Notes: generated from the letters alone by a model not told the origin. A DNA stretch of 64,000 bases from Candidatus Woesearchaeota archaeon (GCA_037445145.1 JBBILB010000005.1:4820-68819), one strand, 5' to 3'; shown: positions 1 to 10,311, counted from the first letter of the stretch. Program-made: numbers and translations.

Positions 1-35
1 ATTCCTGAATGCCAGCATGAACAAGTCACGCATGG

Positions 36-1250
36 TTATTCGCCCTTCAATGCCTCAACAGGCGGAAGCCTGCTTGCCTGGCGCGCTGGCAAAGCCCCTG
101 AAACCATTCCGACAAGGAAAGAAAATGCCAGCGCGCCTGCTATCAAGTACCAAGAAAATGATGCCTTGAGCAGGTTTCCAATGATTCCTGTTGCAATAAT
201 TTCAACAGCCTTGCTCAATGCCATTCCAATAAGTATTCCGACTGCGCCTCCTGCCATTCCGAGCAAACCGCTTTCGAGCAGGAAGATAAGCATTATGTCG
301 CTGTTTTTTGCGCCGATTGCCTTCATTATGCCGATGTCTTTCTTTCTTTCAAGCACTGCAGTGTACATGGTATTCATTATGCCTATTCCTCCCACGAGCA
401 GGCTTATCAGCGCAATTCCGATAAAGACTGCCTGTACAACGCCAAGAATTGTGTTGACTGACTCAATGACTTCCTCGCTTGTCTTGATTGTGAAGTCCTC
501 AAAGCCTTCTTTTTGGTGCCTGTCGCGCCTCATTGCCCTTGAAATCCTGTCCGCAACCTTTGACGGCGTTTCTCCGGGAACCACCTGTGCAGCTATCATG
601 CTGAACTGGTCTTCCTCGTTCATGATTTCCCGCGCATCCTCCTCATTGATTAGCAAAACCATGTCCACATTTGCTGCTATCTTGGGCATCAGGCCGACAA
701 CCTCAAACTTTTCGCCGTTGAGCAAAAGTTTTGAGCCAATGGCCATTTTTTCAGAATATTTCTTGCTGTTCCATACTCTGTTTCCAACCACGACTTTTTT
801 CCTGTCAGCCGGCTTAAGCAGCCTGCCTTGCTCAACCCTTAAGTTGTTTGCTTCCTCTGCAAGAGCCCTGTCATCCGGTTCCTCAGGCATGCTTAAGACC
901 ATCAGGTTGTCTGATTCGTCCTCAAACTCAACAGTGACAGTGCGCAATAATCTTCCTGCTGCCCTGCTTACGCCCGGTGTCCTTTTTACGATGTCAAGGT
1001 CATGCTTGTCAATGATGCCTGCGGTGTTTGAGCCCGGAGGACCGAATCCTGCTGTTGCGCCCTGGATTATTATCTTGTCAGTGCCTATGCTTGCGAACTG
1101 GGCATTGATTGCGTCCTGCATTCCCTGTCCCAGCGAGATGAGGGAGACAACGGCGGCTATGCCTATGAAAATTCCGAGCATTGTCAGCGATGTGCGCAAA
1201 AACCTCTTGCGCATGCTGCTGAATGCTATGACAAGATAGTCTTTTAGCAT
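36..1250 (-). CDS. ABC transporter permease, MacB/FtsX-like (404 aa)
   Basis: N-terminal TM (LTMLGIFIGIAAVVSLISLG), large extracytoplasmic loop and C-terminal FtsX-type TM bundle. Last gene of a tight 4-gene minus-strand operon. Confidence 0.85.
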   Translation of the reverse strand: MLKDYLVIAFSSMRKRFLRTSLTMLGIFIGIAAVVSLISLGQGMQDAINAQFASIGTDKIIIQGATAGFGPPGSNTAGIIDKHDLDIVKRTPGVSRAAGRLLRTVTVEFEDESDNLMVLSMPEEPDDRALAEEANNLRVEQGRLLKPADRKKVVVGNRVWNSKKYSEKMAIGSKLLLNGEKFEVVGLMPKIAANVDMVLLINEEDAREIMNEEDQFSMIAAQVVPGETPSKVADRISRAMRRDRHQKEGFEDFTIKTSEEVIESVNTILGVVQAVFIGIALISLLVGGIGIMNTMYTAVLERKKDIGIMKAIGAKNSDIMLIFLLESGLLGMAGGAVGILIGMALSKAVEIIATGIIGNLLKASFSWYLIAGALAFSFLVGMVSGALPARQASRLPPVEALKGE

Positions 1251-1253
1251 TGT

Positions 1254-2432
1254 TCAGCGCTTCTTTTTGCGGCTTATGCGCCAGTAGATTATTCCGCCAA
1301 CAACAGCAGATGCAAGAACAATCCATCCCCAGGGCATCCCGCCATTGCCGAGCTCTTTTGCCGTTATAATCCTTAAAGGCAGGTCGTATGATTCCTTGAA
1401 GTCAATGTTGTACGGGTCCTTAAATTCCAGCTGCACCTTCAGCCTTGGTTCTGCAATTTTTGGCTTTATTGTGAAGTCAACTGTTTCAAAATCATCGCTG
1501 TCAAGGTTTCCCACATATGCTTCATTTGTTGAGCTCAGGACATCATAGTCAGGAGTCTCTATTAGTTTTACAGAGACGTATTTCATGTTGACAATTCCCT
1601 TGTTGACTATTTTCAGCGTGACAGTGCCCGGCGATGTCTTTGACCTGAACTTTGTGGAATCAACTGTCAGGGAAATCTCTGGCTTTGCATTCACTACAAT
1701 GCTTATTTTTGCAGAGTCATTGTACTGCTTATTCCTTTCGTCCTGGTATGAGAGGCTTACCGGAATGCTGTATACCTTGACTGCTGTGCCTGTGTCAGAT
1801 GCCATTTGAAAGCTTATCGTTTCTGTTTCCCCGGCGGCGATGTAGTCAATGCGCTTCTTTGCGCCTGTGCCGATTGTGCTGAACGTGCCTTCAGGAAGGT
1901 CAATGCCAACGTCAAGGTTCTTTACCCCAATCCTGCCTGCATTGCGCAGTTTCAGGGTTACCTGGAACGTCTGCCCTGGCACAACAGGCATTGGCTCAAC
2001 CTTGTAATCATCAATGACAAGCACTGCGTTCTGCGTCTGGAGCGTTATTGGCGCTTCAAGCATTGCCCACGTGTCTATTGCGCCGTGCTTGTAAAGGAAT
2101 TTCACGTTCCTGTCGCCGTTTGGCGCATTCGGGTCTATGAAAAGCGTGAACTTCACAACCTTGTTCTCAATGGCTGCAAGGGTGCCGACATCAACCTCGC
2201 CCTGCACCCCTGGCGCAAGGCTGAAGGGGTATTCCGGCTGGAACTTTACTGCAACCCTGTCCGCTTTTGTGCCTGAGTTGCTTAACTGCACCCATATGTC
2301 AACAGTGTTTCCCTGCTCTGCAGGCGTTGGCTCATATCGCAGTATTGATGCGGTTACCATTGCCCCTCCTGCTGCTGCAGCGCCTGTTGCGCAAAGCAAA
2401 AGCACCATAACGAATATCATCAGTTTTTTCAT
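1254..2432 (-). CDS. Secreted COG1361/CARDB-like S-layer-domain protein with C-terminal anchor (ABC-transporter accessory)
   Basis: Signal peptide [23 protein letters not shown], beta-sandwich-like repeats, C-terminal TM plus basic tail ([23 protein letters not shown]). Overlaps the ATPase gene by 4 nt and sits 3 nt from the permease gene. Confidence 0.7.
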   Translation of the reverse strand: MKKLMIFVMVLLLCATGAAAAGGAMVTASILRYEPTPAEQGNTVDIWVQLSNSGTKADRVAVKFQPEYPFSLAPGVQGEVDVGTLAAIENKVVKFTLFIDPNAPNGDRNVKFLYKHGAIDTWAMLEAPITLQTQNAVLVIDDYKVEPMPVVPGQTFQVTLKLRNAGRIGVKNLDVGIDLPEGTFSTIGTGAKKRIDYIAAGETETISFQMASDTGTAVKVYSIPVSLSYQDERNKQYNDSAKISIVVNAKPEISLTVDSTKFRSKTSPGTVTLKIVNKGIVNMKYVSVKLIETPDYDVLSSTNEAYVGNLDSDDFETVDFTIKPKIAEPRLKVQLEFKDPYNIDFKESYDLPLRIITAKELGNGGMPWGWIVLASAVVGGIIYWRISRKKKR

Positions 2433-3133
2433 CTTTTTCCACCTCTTACAATTTGTGATTTGGTTATTGTCCCGTCCTTGAGGAATGCTATCCTGTCTGC
2501 TGTGCGAGCAAGCGTGTCATCGTGTGTCACGAGAACTATTGTTTTTCCCTCGTGCTCATTAAGCTCCCTGAGAAATAGCATTACATCCCTGCCCGCCCTG
2601 CTGTCAAGGTTTCCTGTCGGCTCGTCAGCAAGGACAACAAGGGGGTCGGTTGCAAGGCTTCTGGCTATTGCAACGCGCTGCTGCTCTCCCCCTGAAAGCT
2701 GGTTTGGCTTGTGGTGAATTCTGTCCTTGAGCCCGAACCGTGTCAGGAGCTTTTTTGCCCTCTCGTGCCGCTCATTGTCAGGAATTCCCTGGAATGTCAT
2801 TGGGAGCATCACGTTCTCGAGGGCTGTGAGTGTCTCAATGAGGTTGAATTTCTGGAATATGAACCCTATTTTTTTGCCCCTGATCTGGGCAAGGCTTGAC
2901 TCGGAGAGCCTGCTGATGTTTTGGCCGTCAAGGTACACCTCGCCTTTTGTCGGAATGTCAAGGCAGCCAATCATGTTCATTGTGGTGCTTTTTCCACTGC
3001 CTGACGGTCCCTGTATTGCAAGGAATTCGCCGGGAAATACCTCAAGATCAATGCCCTGCAGGGCATGGACTTCCTGCTCTCCCATCCTGTATGTCTTCCA
3101 GACGCGCCTGAGCTCAATTATTGGCTTTTTCAC
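2429..3133 (-). CDS. ABC transporter ATP-binding protein (MacB/LolD type)
   Basis: Walker [10 protein letters not shown], signature LSGGEQQR, Walker [13 protein letters not shown]-loop VTHD. GTG start overlaps the stop of the upstream PadR gene. Confidence 0.9.
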   Translation of the reverse strand: MKKPIIELRRVWKTYRMGEQEVHALQGIDLEVFPGEFLAIQGPSGSGKSTTMNMIGCLDIPTKGEVYLDGQNISRLSESSLAQIRGKKIGFIFQKFNLIETLTALENVMLPMTFQGIPDNERHERAKKLLTRFGLKDRIHHKPNQLSGGEQQRVAIARSLATDPLVVLADEPTGNLDSRAGRDVMLFLRELNEHEGKTIVLVTHDDTLARTADRIAFLKDGTITKSQIVRGGKR

Positions 3134-3639
3134 AATTCCTTCATCTCCTTGAGCGCATTGGCAAGGATTTTCCTGATTTTTGCAGCATTAGTCTTTATTA
3201 TTCCTTTTTGGTACATCACGAAAAACTGCTTCCTGAATGCATCAAGCTCGGGATTAAGCTCCCTGAATGGCTCCTCTCCCTTTTTTATGCTCTCTATCAT
3301 TTGCTGGGGCATTGAGAAGTCCTCGCCTGTGAGGGCAGACATCATTTTCATTGCGTTCACAAGGTTTTGTATGCATTCCTGCCTTTTCTCCTCTATTATT
3401 GCAACCTTTTGCTTTCCTGCCTTTGTGAGGCGGTACTCATTTGCCCTTCCGACGCCTTTTGCCTCAACAAGCTTTTCCTTTTTCAGCTGGTCAAGAAGGG
3501 GATAGATGCTTCCCGGCGACGGCTTTGTTCCTGTTTTTTCCTCTACGAACTTCATTAGAGAGTATCCTGACTTAGGTCCTTCCTCAAGCGCCTTGAACAC
3601 GAGGATTTTCAGGTATCCTTGAATCATTGAATGCGTCAT
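3130..3639 (-). CDS. PadR-family winged-helix transcriptional regulator
   Basis: GPKSGYSLMKFVEEKTG...GSIYPLLDQLKKEKLVE resembles the PadR wHTH. I chose the ATG at 3639 because the in-frame extension to 3738 would run through a TATA box and an operator-like palindrome. Confidence 0.8.
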   Translation of the reverse strand: MTHSMIQGYLKILVFKALEEGPKSGYSLMKFVEEKTGTKPSPGSIYPLLDQLKKEKLVEAKGVGRANEYRLTKAGKQKVAIIEEKRQECIQNLVNAMKMMSALTGEDFSMPQQMIESIKKGEEPFRELNPELDAFRKQFFVMYQKGIIKTNAAKIRKILANALKEMKEL

Positions 3640-3647
3640 TGTTGGCT

Positions 3648-3693
3648 CCGATATATCAAAACCGATATATCGGAAGCGATAGTAGTATATAAA
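3648..3693 (-). promoter_or_regulatory. Promoter/operator of the padR-ABC operon: TATA box plus palindromic operator
   Basis: Perfect 12-bp palindrome CCGATATATCGG (3662-3673) and half-site CCGATATATC (3648-3657). Both lie between a minus-strand TTTATATA (3686-3693) and the padR ATG (3639). Confidence 0.5.
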
Positions 3694-3775
3694 GTTTGCG
3701 GGTTGTGTGTTATCTCTCCAAAATAGCAATATCAACAAAAGGTTTAAAATTGGCAGGCAGTTTCCACGCAGTTTA

Positions 3776-4141
3776 ATGACACAATCAGAAATTCCGCTTG
3801 ACCATATTGTTCAGGACGAGCTCTCCAAGGCAAGAGAACGGGCAAATGAGGGGAGCCCTGTCTTCGTGGCACACCTGATGAGCGCCAAGTACGCTGCCAG
3901 CAAGGCAGGTATTGATGTTTCTGCGCAGATTGCCGAGATTGAACAAATCGGTTATGCCGCAAATGTCCGCGTAAGCCTTGATTTGGCAAGGGAAAGGGCG
4001 CTGGCAAAGGGTTCTGGCTTTGAAATACTTCTGAGAAGCGCAAAAATGTACGCAAGGGAAGCAGGCATGGACATTTCCCAGCAAGCCGGGGAAATAATTG
4101 CCTTGTATAATGACGGCAAACAGGCAAAGAAACAAGCCTGA
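3776..4141 (+). CDS. Hypothetical small protein with internal two-fold repeat
   Basis: ATG preceded by TATA-like GGTTTAAAATTGG about 25-30 nt upstream. Two about 45-aa repeats share ARERA..(F)..L.SAK....AG.D.S.Q..EI. No family recognised. Confidence 0.5.
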   Translation: MTQSEIPLDHIVQDELSKARERANEGSPVFVAHLMSAKYAASKAGIDVSAQIAEIEQIGYAANVRVSLDLARERALAKGSGFEILLRSAKMYAREAGMDISQQAGEIIALYNDGKQAKKQA

Positions 4142-4182
4142 AAACGCATTCTTTTTATACACCCTGCACAGTCTTTGTTGTG

Positions 4183-5133
4183 ATGAGGCAATACGACGTT
4201 GTTATTGTTGGGGCAGGAGCTGCTGGCATGACAGCAGCCATTTACACCTGCAGGAAAAAACTCAAGACCGCCATAATCTCGGTTGACATTGGCGGCCAAA
4301 TGAACCTCACAACTTACATTGAGAACTACCCTGGCGTTAAGCCGATGGCAGGCGCAGAGCTCGTGCAGAGATTTAGGAAAAGCGCGCTCTCATTCGGCGC
4401 AGAATTCATCACAGGCAAGGTTGTCAAGGTGGAAAAAGAAGGCAACGGATTCAAATTAACCCTGTCAAATAATGATGTTTATTCTGCAAAGGCGGTTATT
4501 CTTGCCTTTGGCACTGTTCCCCGCGAGCTTGGAATTCCCGGCGAGGCCAAATTCCTTGGTCGCGGACTAAGCACTTGTGCAACCTGCGACGCGCCCCTGT
4601 ACAGGAACAAGGTCGTGGCAGTGATTGGCGGAGGAAATTCTGCCGTGGAGGGCGCCCTTGAGCTTGTCCGCGCAGGAGCAAGGCAGGTTTACGTCGTCCA
4701 CCGCAGGAAAGAGTTCCGCGGCGACGAGGTGAGTGTTGAAAAAATGAAAAAGGAAAAAGTGATCACAATAACAACCCCTTATGTTCCTGTTGAGATTGTT
4801 GGTGACAAGTTCGTGATCGGGCTCAGAATAAGGAATGTTGAGACCAATGAGGAAAAACTGCTTGCAGTAAATGGCGTTTTCAAGGAAATCGGGTATGTTG
4901 TCGATGTCAGCGCAGTGAAAGACCTTGTGAAAACCAATGAGAAGAACGAAATAATTATTGACCAAAACAATAATACGTCTGTTCCGGGCATTTTTGCAGC
5001 AGGAGATGCAACAACAGTGCCTTACAAGCAGGCTGTCATTTCAGCAGGGGAGGGCGCAAAAGCAGCATTGGAATGCTACAAGTACCTCACTGGCGCAAAA
5101 ACAGCAGGCATTGACTGGGAAAAGAGGAAGTGA
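4183..5133 (+). CDS. trxB: Thioredoxin-disulfide reductase
   Basis: FAD motif VVIVGAGAAGMTAA, redox-active CATC (TCATCDAPLY), NADPH motif GGGNSAVE, C-terminal GIFAAGD. TATA-like CTTTTTATAC about 25 nt upstream. Confidence 0.9.
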   Translation: MRQYDVVIVGAGAAGMTAAIYTCRKKLKTAIISVDIGGQMNLTTYIENYPGVKPMAGAELVQRFRKSALSFGAEFITGKVVKVEKEGNGFKLTLSNNDVYSAKAVILAFGTVPRELGIPGEAKFLGRGLSTCATCDAPLYRNKVVAVIGGGNSAVEGALELVRAGARQVYVVHRRKEFRGDEVSVEKMKKEKVITITTPYVPVEIVGDKFVIGLRIRNVETNEEKLLAVNGVFKEIGYVVDVSAVKDLVKTNEKNEIIIDQNNNTSVPGIFAAGDATTVPYKQAVISAGEGAKAALECYKYLTGAKTAGIDWEKRK

Positions 5134-5290
5134 TATCTTTTGTTTTGCGGCATTTTTCAACAGATGTTTCAAATTTAATGCCTGATTTGCCTGCGTCGGA
5201 ATCACCTGTTCGAAGCCCAATCCTCAAAATTAAGCAGTGCTTGATGATTCCGCGGAAAACTTTATATACGCACCCTGCGACGATGCCATT

Positions 5291-5719
5291 ATGCCAAATT
5301 ACAAATTCCTTGAGGGCGTAGTGACAGCAGACCTTGCATTTGAGGCAACTGGAAAAGACCTTAATGACCTTTTCACGAATGCCGCCCTTGCAGTGCTTGA
5401 GTCCCAAGCGCGGCTTGAAACAGTTGAGCCAAAAGTAACCAAGAAAGTCATGATGGAAAACGAGGACATCGGGCAGTTGCTGTTTGACTTCCTTAACGAG
5501 ATTATCTTTTTCAAGGATGCTGAACAGCTAATCTTCAGGACCGTGAAGGTTTCAATCGCCAAGAATGCAAAATACAGGCTTGTTGCAGACCTGAAAGGCG
5601 AAAAAATTAATCTCAAAAAGCACAAGCTCGGAAATGACTTAAAGGCGGTCACAATGCACATGTTTGAGGTCAAGGAAACCCCGAAGGGCTGGAAGTGCAG
5701 GGTGGTGGTTGACATATGA
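5291..5719 (+). CDS. Archease (RtcB activator/chaperone)
   Basis: YKFLEGVVTADLAFEATGKDLNDLF N-terminus and KAVTMHMFEV...WKCRVVVDI C-terminus match the archease pattern. ATGA overlap with rtcB. TATA CTTTATATAC about 25 nt upstream. Confidence 0.85.
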   Translation: MPNYKFLEGVVTADLAFEATGKDLNDLFTNAALAVLESQARLETVEPKVTKKVMMENEDIGQLLFDFLNEIIFFKDAEQLIFRTVKVSIAKNAKYRLVADLKGEKINLKKHKLGNDLKAVTMHMFEVKETPKGWKCRVVVDI

Positions 5720-7221
5720 GTTCTGAGGATGCAAGGCAGGAAGAGGTGCCGCAGCTTCCCGGTAGGCCAAGCGGACGAGCTGCCGCAGTAAAAGTAAGGG
5801 AAAACGTCTGGGACATTCCGACCACGTTCAAGCAGGGAATGCTTGTTCCCGGAAGAATTTTCGCCAGCGACAAGCTGATGAAGGAAATGGACGAACAGGT
5901 CTTTGACCAATTGACAAACGTAGCCTGCCTGCCGGGAATCGTCAAGTTCGCACACTGCATGCCAGACGCTCACTCAGGCTATGGCTTCCCTATTGGCGGT
6001 GTTGCAGCTTTTGACCCCGACCAAGGGGGAGTCATCTCGCCGGGAGGAATCGGGTTTGACATTAATTGCGGAATGCGATTAATCACAACAACGCTTACAG
6101 AAAAGGATGTCCTGCCAAAAATCAAGGAGCTTGTTGACACTCTTTTCAGCCGCGTTCCAGCAGGTGTTGGGTGCAAGGGATTTCTCAAGCTGAACAATGC
6201 GCAGTTTACAGAAGTAATGAGGGCAGGCTCAAAATGGTGCATTGAGCAGGGCTATGGGTGGGACGAGGACCTTGACCACACAGAAGACTCAGGCTGCATC
6301 CCGTGGGCAAACCCTGACAAAGTCTCAAGCAAGGCGATACAGAGGGGGATAACACAGCTCGGCACGCTTGGCTCTGGCAATCATTATCTTGAAGTTCAGG
6401 TTGCCCGTGACATTTTTGACGAAAAGTCAGCCAAAAAGTTCGGCATAACAAGCCCTGACCAGATTTGCGTGATGGTGCACTGCGGCTCAAGGGGCTTTGG
6501 GCATCAGGTTGCAACTGATTATTTGCGCACATTCCTTGGCAGGATGAAGGACTACGGCATCAGGGTGCTTGACCGCGAGCTTGCCTGCGCCCCCTTTAAC
6601 TCAAAGGAGGGTCAGGATTATTTTCAGGCAATGGCCTGCGCTGCAAATGCAGCCTTTGCAAACAGGCAGGTCATTCTTCACAGGATAAGGGAGTGCTTCT
6701 CAAAGGTCTTCAACACGCCTGCTGATGATTTGGGAATGCACTTGGTGTATGATGTTGCGCACAATATTGCAAAAGTGGAAGAACACACTGTTGATGGCAA
6801 AAAGAAAAAGCTTGTTGTGCACCGCAAGGGGGCAACGAGGTGTTTTGGTCCCAGCAGGAAAGAACTTGCACCGTTCTTCCGTGATACTGGTCAGCCGGTT
6901 ATTGTTGGCGGCTCAATGGAAACAGGCTCATTCCTACTTTTGGGCACTGACAAGGCTTTGGAAGAAACTTGGGGAAGCACTGCGCATGGCTCTGGCAGGA
7001 CTATGAGCAGGACAAAGGCAAAGCACATGGTGCGCGGAGAGCAGCTGCAGAAGGAAATGGAAAAGCGCGGCATTTACGTTCGCACAGTATCCTTCTCAGG
7101 ACTTGCAGAAGAGGCAGGGTTTGCTTACAAGTCAATCTCAGAGGTTGTTGATGTCATGCACAAGCTTGGAATAAGCAAAAAGCTGGTTGGGTTTAAGCCT
7201 TTGGGAAACGTAAAAGGATGA
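5716..7221 (+). CDS. rtcB: RNA-splicing ligase RtcB
   Basis: PDAHSGYGFPIGGV, NCGMRL, GSGNHYLEVQ, HCGSRGFGHQ and HRKGAT motifs. Confidence 0.95.
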   Translation: MSSEDARQEEVPQLPGRPSGRAAAVKVRENVWDIPTTFKQGMLVPGRIFASDKLMKEMDEQVFDQLTNVACLPGIVKFAHCMPDAHSGYGFPIGGVAAFDPDQGGVISPGGIGFDINCGMRLITTTLTEKDVLPKIKELVDTLFSRVPAGVGCKGFLKLNNAQFTEVMRAGSKWCIEQGYGWDEDLDHTEDSGCIPWANPDKVSSKAIQRGITQLGTLGSGNHYLEVQVARDIFDEKSAKKFGITSPDQICVMVHCGSRGFGHQVATDYLRTFLGRMKDYGIRVLDRELACAPFNSKEGQDYFQAMACAANAAFANRQVILHRIRECFSKVFNTPADDLGMHLVYDVAHNIAKVEEHTVDGKKKKLVVHRKGATRCFGPSRKELAPFFRDTGQPVIVGGSMETGSFLLLGTDKALEETWGSTAHGSGRTMSRTKAKHMVRGEQLQKEMEKRGIYVRTVSFSGLAEEAGFAYKSISEVVDVMHKLGISKKLVGFKPLGNVKG

Positions 7222-7327
7222 TAGGAACTGCAAGCTTATTCTCTGAGCAATGCAATAGGTTTATAAACCGCCAAAACGTGTATTCTCGCGTGAGTGAGGG
7301 TGTTCTAGTAGCCTCTCTCCGGCAGAA

Positions 7328-9454
7328 ATGACAGAAGAACAGAAACAAGCGCTTAGGACGTTGTATGGCCATGATTTTGGGCGCATAGTCAGGAAGCTCG
7401 GCCACGGAGGGCTTGGCGCTGCATACCTTGCAGACCTGACAAACCCATTGCAGATTCTTGCAAGCAGGATTGCTTATGGTGATGAAAGCCCTCAATTGTT
7501 CGGGCTCGCAGACATCCCGTATGACGAGCATAATCCGCGGGAAATAACAAGCAATGAGCACCGCAAGAGAATTCATGATGCAGCGCACAGAATCTACCTT
7601 GAGAATGGTCCGCCTCATAACAACAAGCCAGCTGCAGCGCTTGAAACATACGTAATGCTGCTTGAGGCAATCAACACAACACTGCCAAAACACAAGCACG
7701 AGGACCATTTTGACGTTGTTGTGAAAGTCCTGAAGCACCGCACAGAATCAGACAAAGACCTTGAAAAAATCCTAAATGAAGATGCGAGAAAGCGCTTTAT
7801 CCAAGAAGCCAGGGTGCTGAAAAAGCTCAACCACAAAAACATTGTCAAGCTTTTTGGCATGGTTGATGCGTACGGCATAGGCACCTGCCTTGTCCTTGAG
7901 CACATCAGCGGCGAATCCCTTGATGCCTGCCTGCAAAAACAGCCTGACCGCAGGATTCCGCCTGAGCCTGCAGTTGACATAATGTTGTCCCTTCTCGAGG
8001 CTGTTGAGTACATGCATGGTCAGGGTGTGATTCACAGGGACATAAAGCCCTCAAACATCCTGCTCAGGCCAGACCTCAGCCCTGTCATAATTGACTTTGG
8101 CATTGTCAAGGACATTGATACAAACCTGACCATTGCCGGCACGCGCATGGGCACTCCTGCATACATGTGCCCTGAATTCATAAAAGACGGAATAACAGAG
8201 CAAAACACCACACCCCTTGTTGATGTTTATTCGCTTGGCACTGTCTTTTTTGAAATGCTTGCCGGCCGCAGGGCGTATGAGGGAAGCCAGGAGGAGATTC
8301 TCAGGAATGCGCTTAAGCAAAGACATCCCACCAATCTCAGGGAATTCGCTGGAAGCATTTCTGACGCTCTTGTGGACCTTGTTGAGGCAGCGCGGGCAAA
8401 GGACGCCAAAGACAGGCTGACAATGAAGCAGTTCAGGTACTGTTTGGAGGAAATAAAGGAAAAGAAACAATACTGCAGAACAACACCCCGGCCAAAAACA
8501 ACAATCCTTCTGGCACGGGAGCACGCAATATCAGGCGCACTCGCCAAAATATACCGCCTCAAAGAAGACGAAATAGGAACTGAGCTCGAGTCGCGCAAAA
8601 CAGAAGACCAAAATGCCCATGTTGAAAAATTTCTTGAGCACCTGAGATCAACAAGAATTGACGTGGGGCTCTATTCCTATGCGCGGAGGGAGCTTGATGA
8701 CTTCCTTAAGTACAATCCTGTTACAGACACCGCGCTCATGAAAAAAATAACTGACCTTTCAGAGATAATCGACAAGGGGTTTGCGCAGCAGGAAGCCCGC
8801 AGGCATTTGAACGAAACAAAGAAGCGCATTAAAGATTGTGATATTGTTGGCGCAGAAGACGCCCTTAAGGAAGCAGAAAAGTGTGTTGCAGAACTGCCCA
8901 AAGACAAGCATTCTGACATTTACAGGGAATACGAAGCGCTGTTAAGCGAGTTTGACACAAAGTACCGCATGGGCGCAACAGTGGTCAGGTCATTGCAGAA
9001 ATCTGTTGAGTCAGCAAGGTCTTTTCTCATTGAGGCAGGAAGTCTTTATTGCGAGGGAAAGCCTGTTGAGCACGAAAAGTTTGAATTGGTCTCAAAAAAT
9101 CTTCATGACACCAATAATCTTGCAAGAAGGGTTGGGGGTGTTGCTGAGATGCCGCTTTACAAGCAATTGTCTGGCGAGGTCGCAACCATTCAGGCATCGC
9201 TGCAAAAGCTCAGCATTTATTATTCAGCACGCTCTGAGCTTGAAAACATAAATGATTTGTGCGACGGAATTCTTGCCTCGAACGTTGCGCCTGACAAAAG
9301 CCAAGTAAACCAGCTTGTTGCAAGCTTTGACAGGGTGCAGGGAATAATTGCGCAAACAGAACCTCAAAGGGAAGGACGCTTTTATGAAACCATTTCTGCC
9401 CGTGTCAAAGAAGTGCGTAACAAACTTGAATCACTGATAAACAAGTATAAATAG
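7328..9454 (+). CDS. Hanks-type Ser/Thr protein kinase with about 330-aa alpha-helical C-terminal extension (708 aa)
   Basis: G-loop LGHGGLGAAY, VVVKVLK (beta3 Lys), HRDIKPSNILL, DFG, GTPAYMCPE. The C-terminal half is charged and helical with no TM. Confidence 0.85.
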   Translation: MTEEQKQALRTLYGHDFGRIVRKLGHGGLGAAYLADLTNPLQILASRIAYGDESPQLFGLADIPYDEHNPREITSNEHRKRIHDAAHRIYLENGPPHNNKPAAALETYVMLLEAINTTLPKHKHEDHFDVVVKVLKHRTESDKDLEKILNEDARKRFIQEARVLKKLNHKNIVKLFGMVDAYGIGTCLVLEHISGESLDACLQKQPDRRIPPEPAVDIMLSLLEAVEYMHGQGVIHRDIKPSNILLRPDLSPVIIDFGIVKDIDTNLTIAGTRMGTPAYMCPEFIKDGITEQNTTPLVDVYSLGTVFFEMLAGRRAYEGSQEEILRNALKQRHPTNLREFAGSISDALVDLVEAARAKDAKDRLTMKQFRYCLEEIKEKKQYCRTTPRPKTTILLAREHAISGALAKIYRLKEDEIGTELESRKTEDQNAHVEKFLEHLRSTRIDVGLYSYARRELDDFLKYNPVTDTALMKKITDLSEIIDKGFAQQEARRHLNETKKRIKDCDIVGAEDALKEAEKCVAELPKDKHSDIYREYEALLSEFDTKYRMGATVVRSLQKSVESARSFLIEAGSLYCEGKPVEHEKFELVSKNLHDTNNLARRVGGVAEMPLYKQLSGEVATIQASLQKLSIYYSARSELENINDLCDGILASNVAPDKSQVNQLVASFDRVQGIIAQTEPQREGRFYETISARVKEVRNKLESLINKYK

Positions 9455-9476
9455 CACTTGTTGTTTTTGTTAGTGC

Positions 9477-10307
9477 ATGAAAGAAATTCTTTTTGGCACA
9501 GCAGGAATACCGCACAGCACGAAAGAAGCAGGAACAATAGCAGGAATAAGGCAGGTTAAAGAGCTTGGTCTTGGAGCAATGGAGCTTGAGTTCGTGCAGA
9601 ACGTCAACATTTCTGAAAAACTGGCTCCAGAGGTCAGGAAGGTGGCAGAAGAGGAAGGAATCGTGCTTACGTGCCACGGCCAGTACTATGTGAACCTTGC
9701 ATCGCCTGAGAAGGCAAAGGTTGAGGCAAGCAAGAAAAGAATGCTCTCCGCAGCAAGAATACTCTCAAAATGCAATGGCTGGAGCATCACATGGCACCTT
9801 GCATTCTACCAGGGACAGCCAAAGGAGGTTGTGTACGAGAAAGTCAGGGATGCAATGAAAGAAGTCAGTAAAAAGCTGGCTGATGAGGGAATAACAATCT
9901 GGCTTCGGCCGGAAACAACAGGCAAGGCATCACAATGGGGCGACCTCAAGGAATGCATTCGCTTAAGCCAGGACTTGGAGAATGTCCTGCCGTGCATTGA
10001 CTTCGCTCACCTGCACGCGCGCTCAGGAAGAAAGGAAAACACTCCTGAAGAATTCAATGCCCAGCTTGCCCTGATTGAGAAAGAGCTTGGCAAGGAAGCC
10101 CTTCAAAACATGCACTGCCATGTCTCAGGCATAAATTACACAGAAAAAGGCGAAAGAAACCACCTTAACCTGCCGGACAGCGACTTGAAATACGAAGAAC
10201 TTCTCAAAGCGCTAAAGGAATTCAAGTGCAAGGGAGTAATCATTTCAGAAAGCCCGAACATTGAGGGAGATGCGTTATTGATGAAGAATGCATGGGAGAA
10301 ATTGTGA
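9477..10307 (+). CDS. Endonuclease IV-like / xylose-isomerase-like TIM-barrel protein
   Basis: CHGQYYVNLASPE, WLRPETTGK and CIDFAHLHARSG are collinear with the Nfo/AP endonuclease 2 metal-binding motifs. Confidence 0.65.
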   Translation: MKEILFGTAGIPHSTKEAGTIAGIRQVKELGLGAMELEFVQNVNISEKLAPEVRKVAEEEGIVLTCHGQYYVNLASPEKAKVEASKKRMLSAARILSKCNGWSITWHLAFYQGQPKEVVYEKVRDAMKEVSKKLADEGITIWLRPETTGKASQWGDLKECIRLSQDLENVLPCIDFAHLHARSGRKENTPEEFNAQLALIEKELGKEALQNMHCHVSGINYTEKGERNHLNLPDSDLKYEELLKALKEFKCKGVIISESPNIEGDALLMKNAWEKL

Positions 10308-10311
10308 CTTG

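Noticed and set aside
166-1239. 357-aa plus-strand ORF
   Set aside because: It is antisense to the FtsX-type permease. Ser/Ile/Leu-rich artefact.
3640-3738. N-terminal extension of the PadR ORF to 3738, and similar upstream extensions (13744, 5237, 3707, 30972, 62763 and others)
   Set aside because: The extensions use non-ATG starts or run through TATA boxes, operator sequences or the preceding gene. The family-typical N-termini begin at the internal ATGs chosen.
5299-5973. 224-aa minus-strand ORF
   Set aside because: It is antisense to archease and the rtcB 5' end, both strongly supported by motifs.
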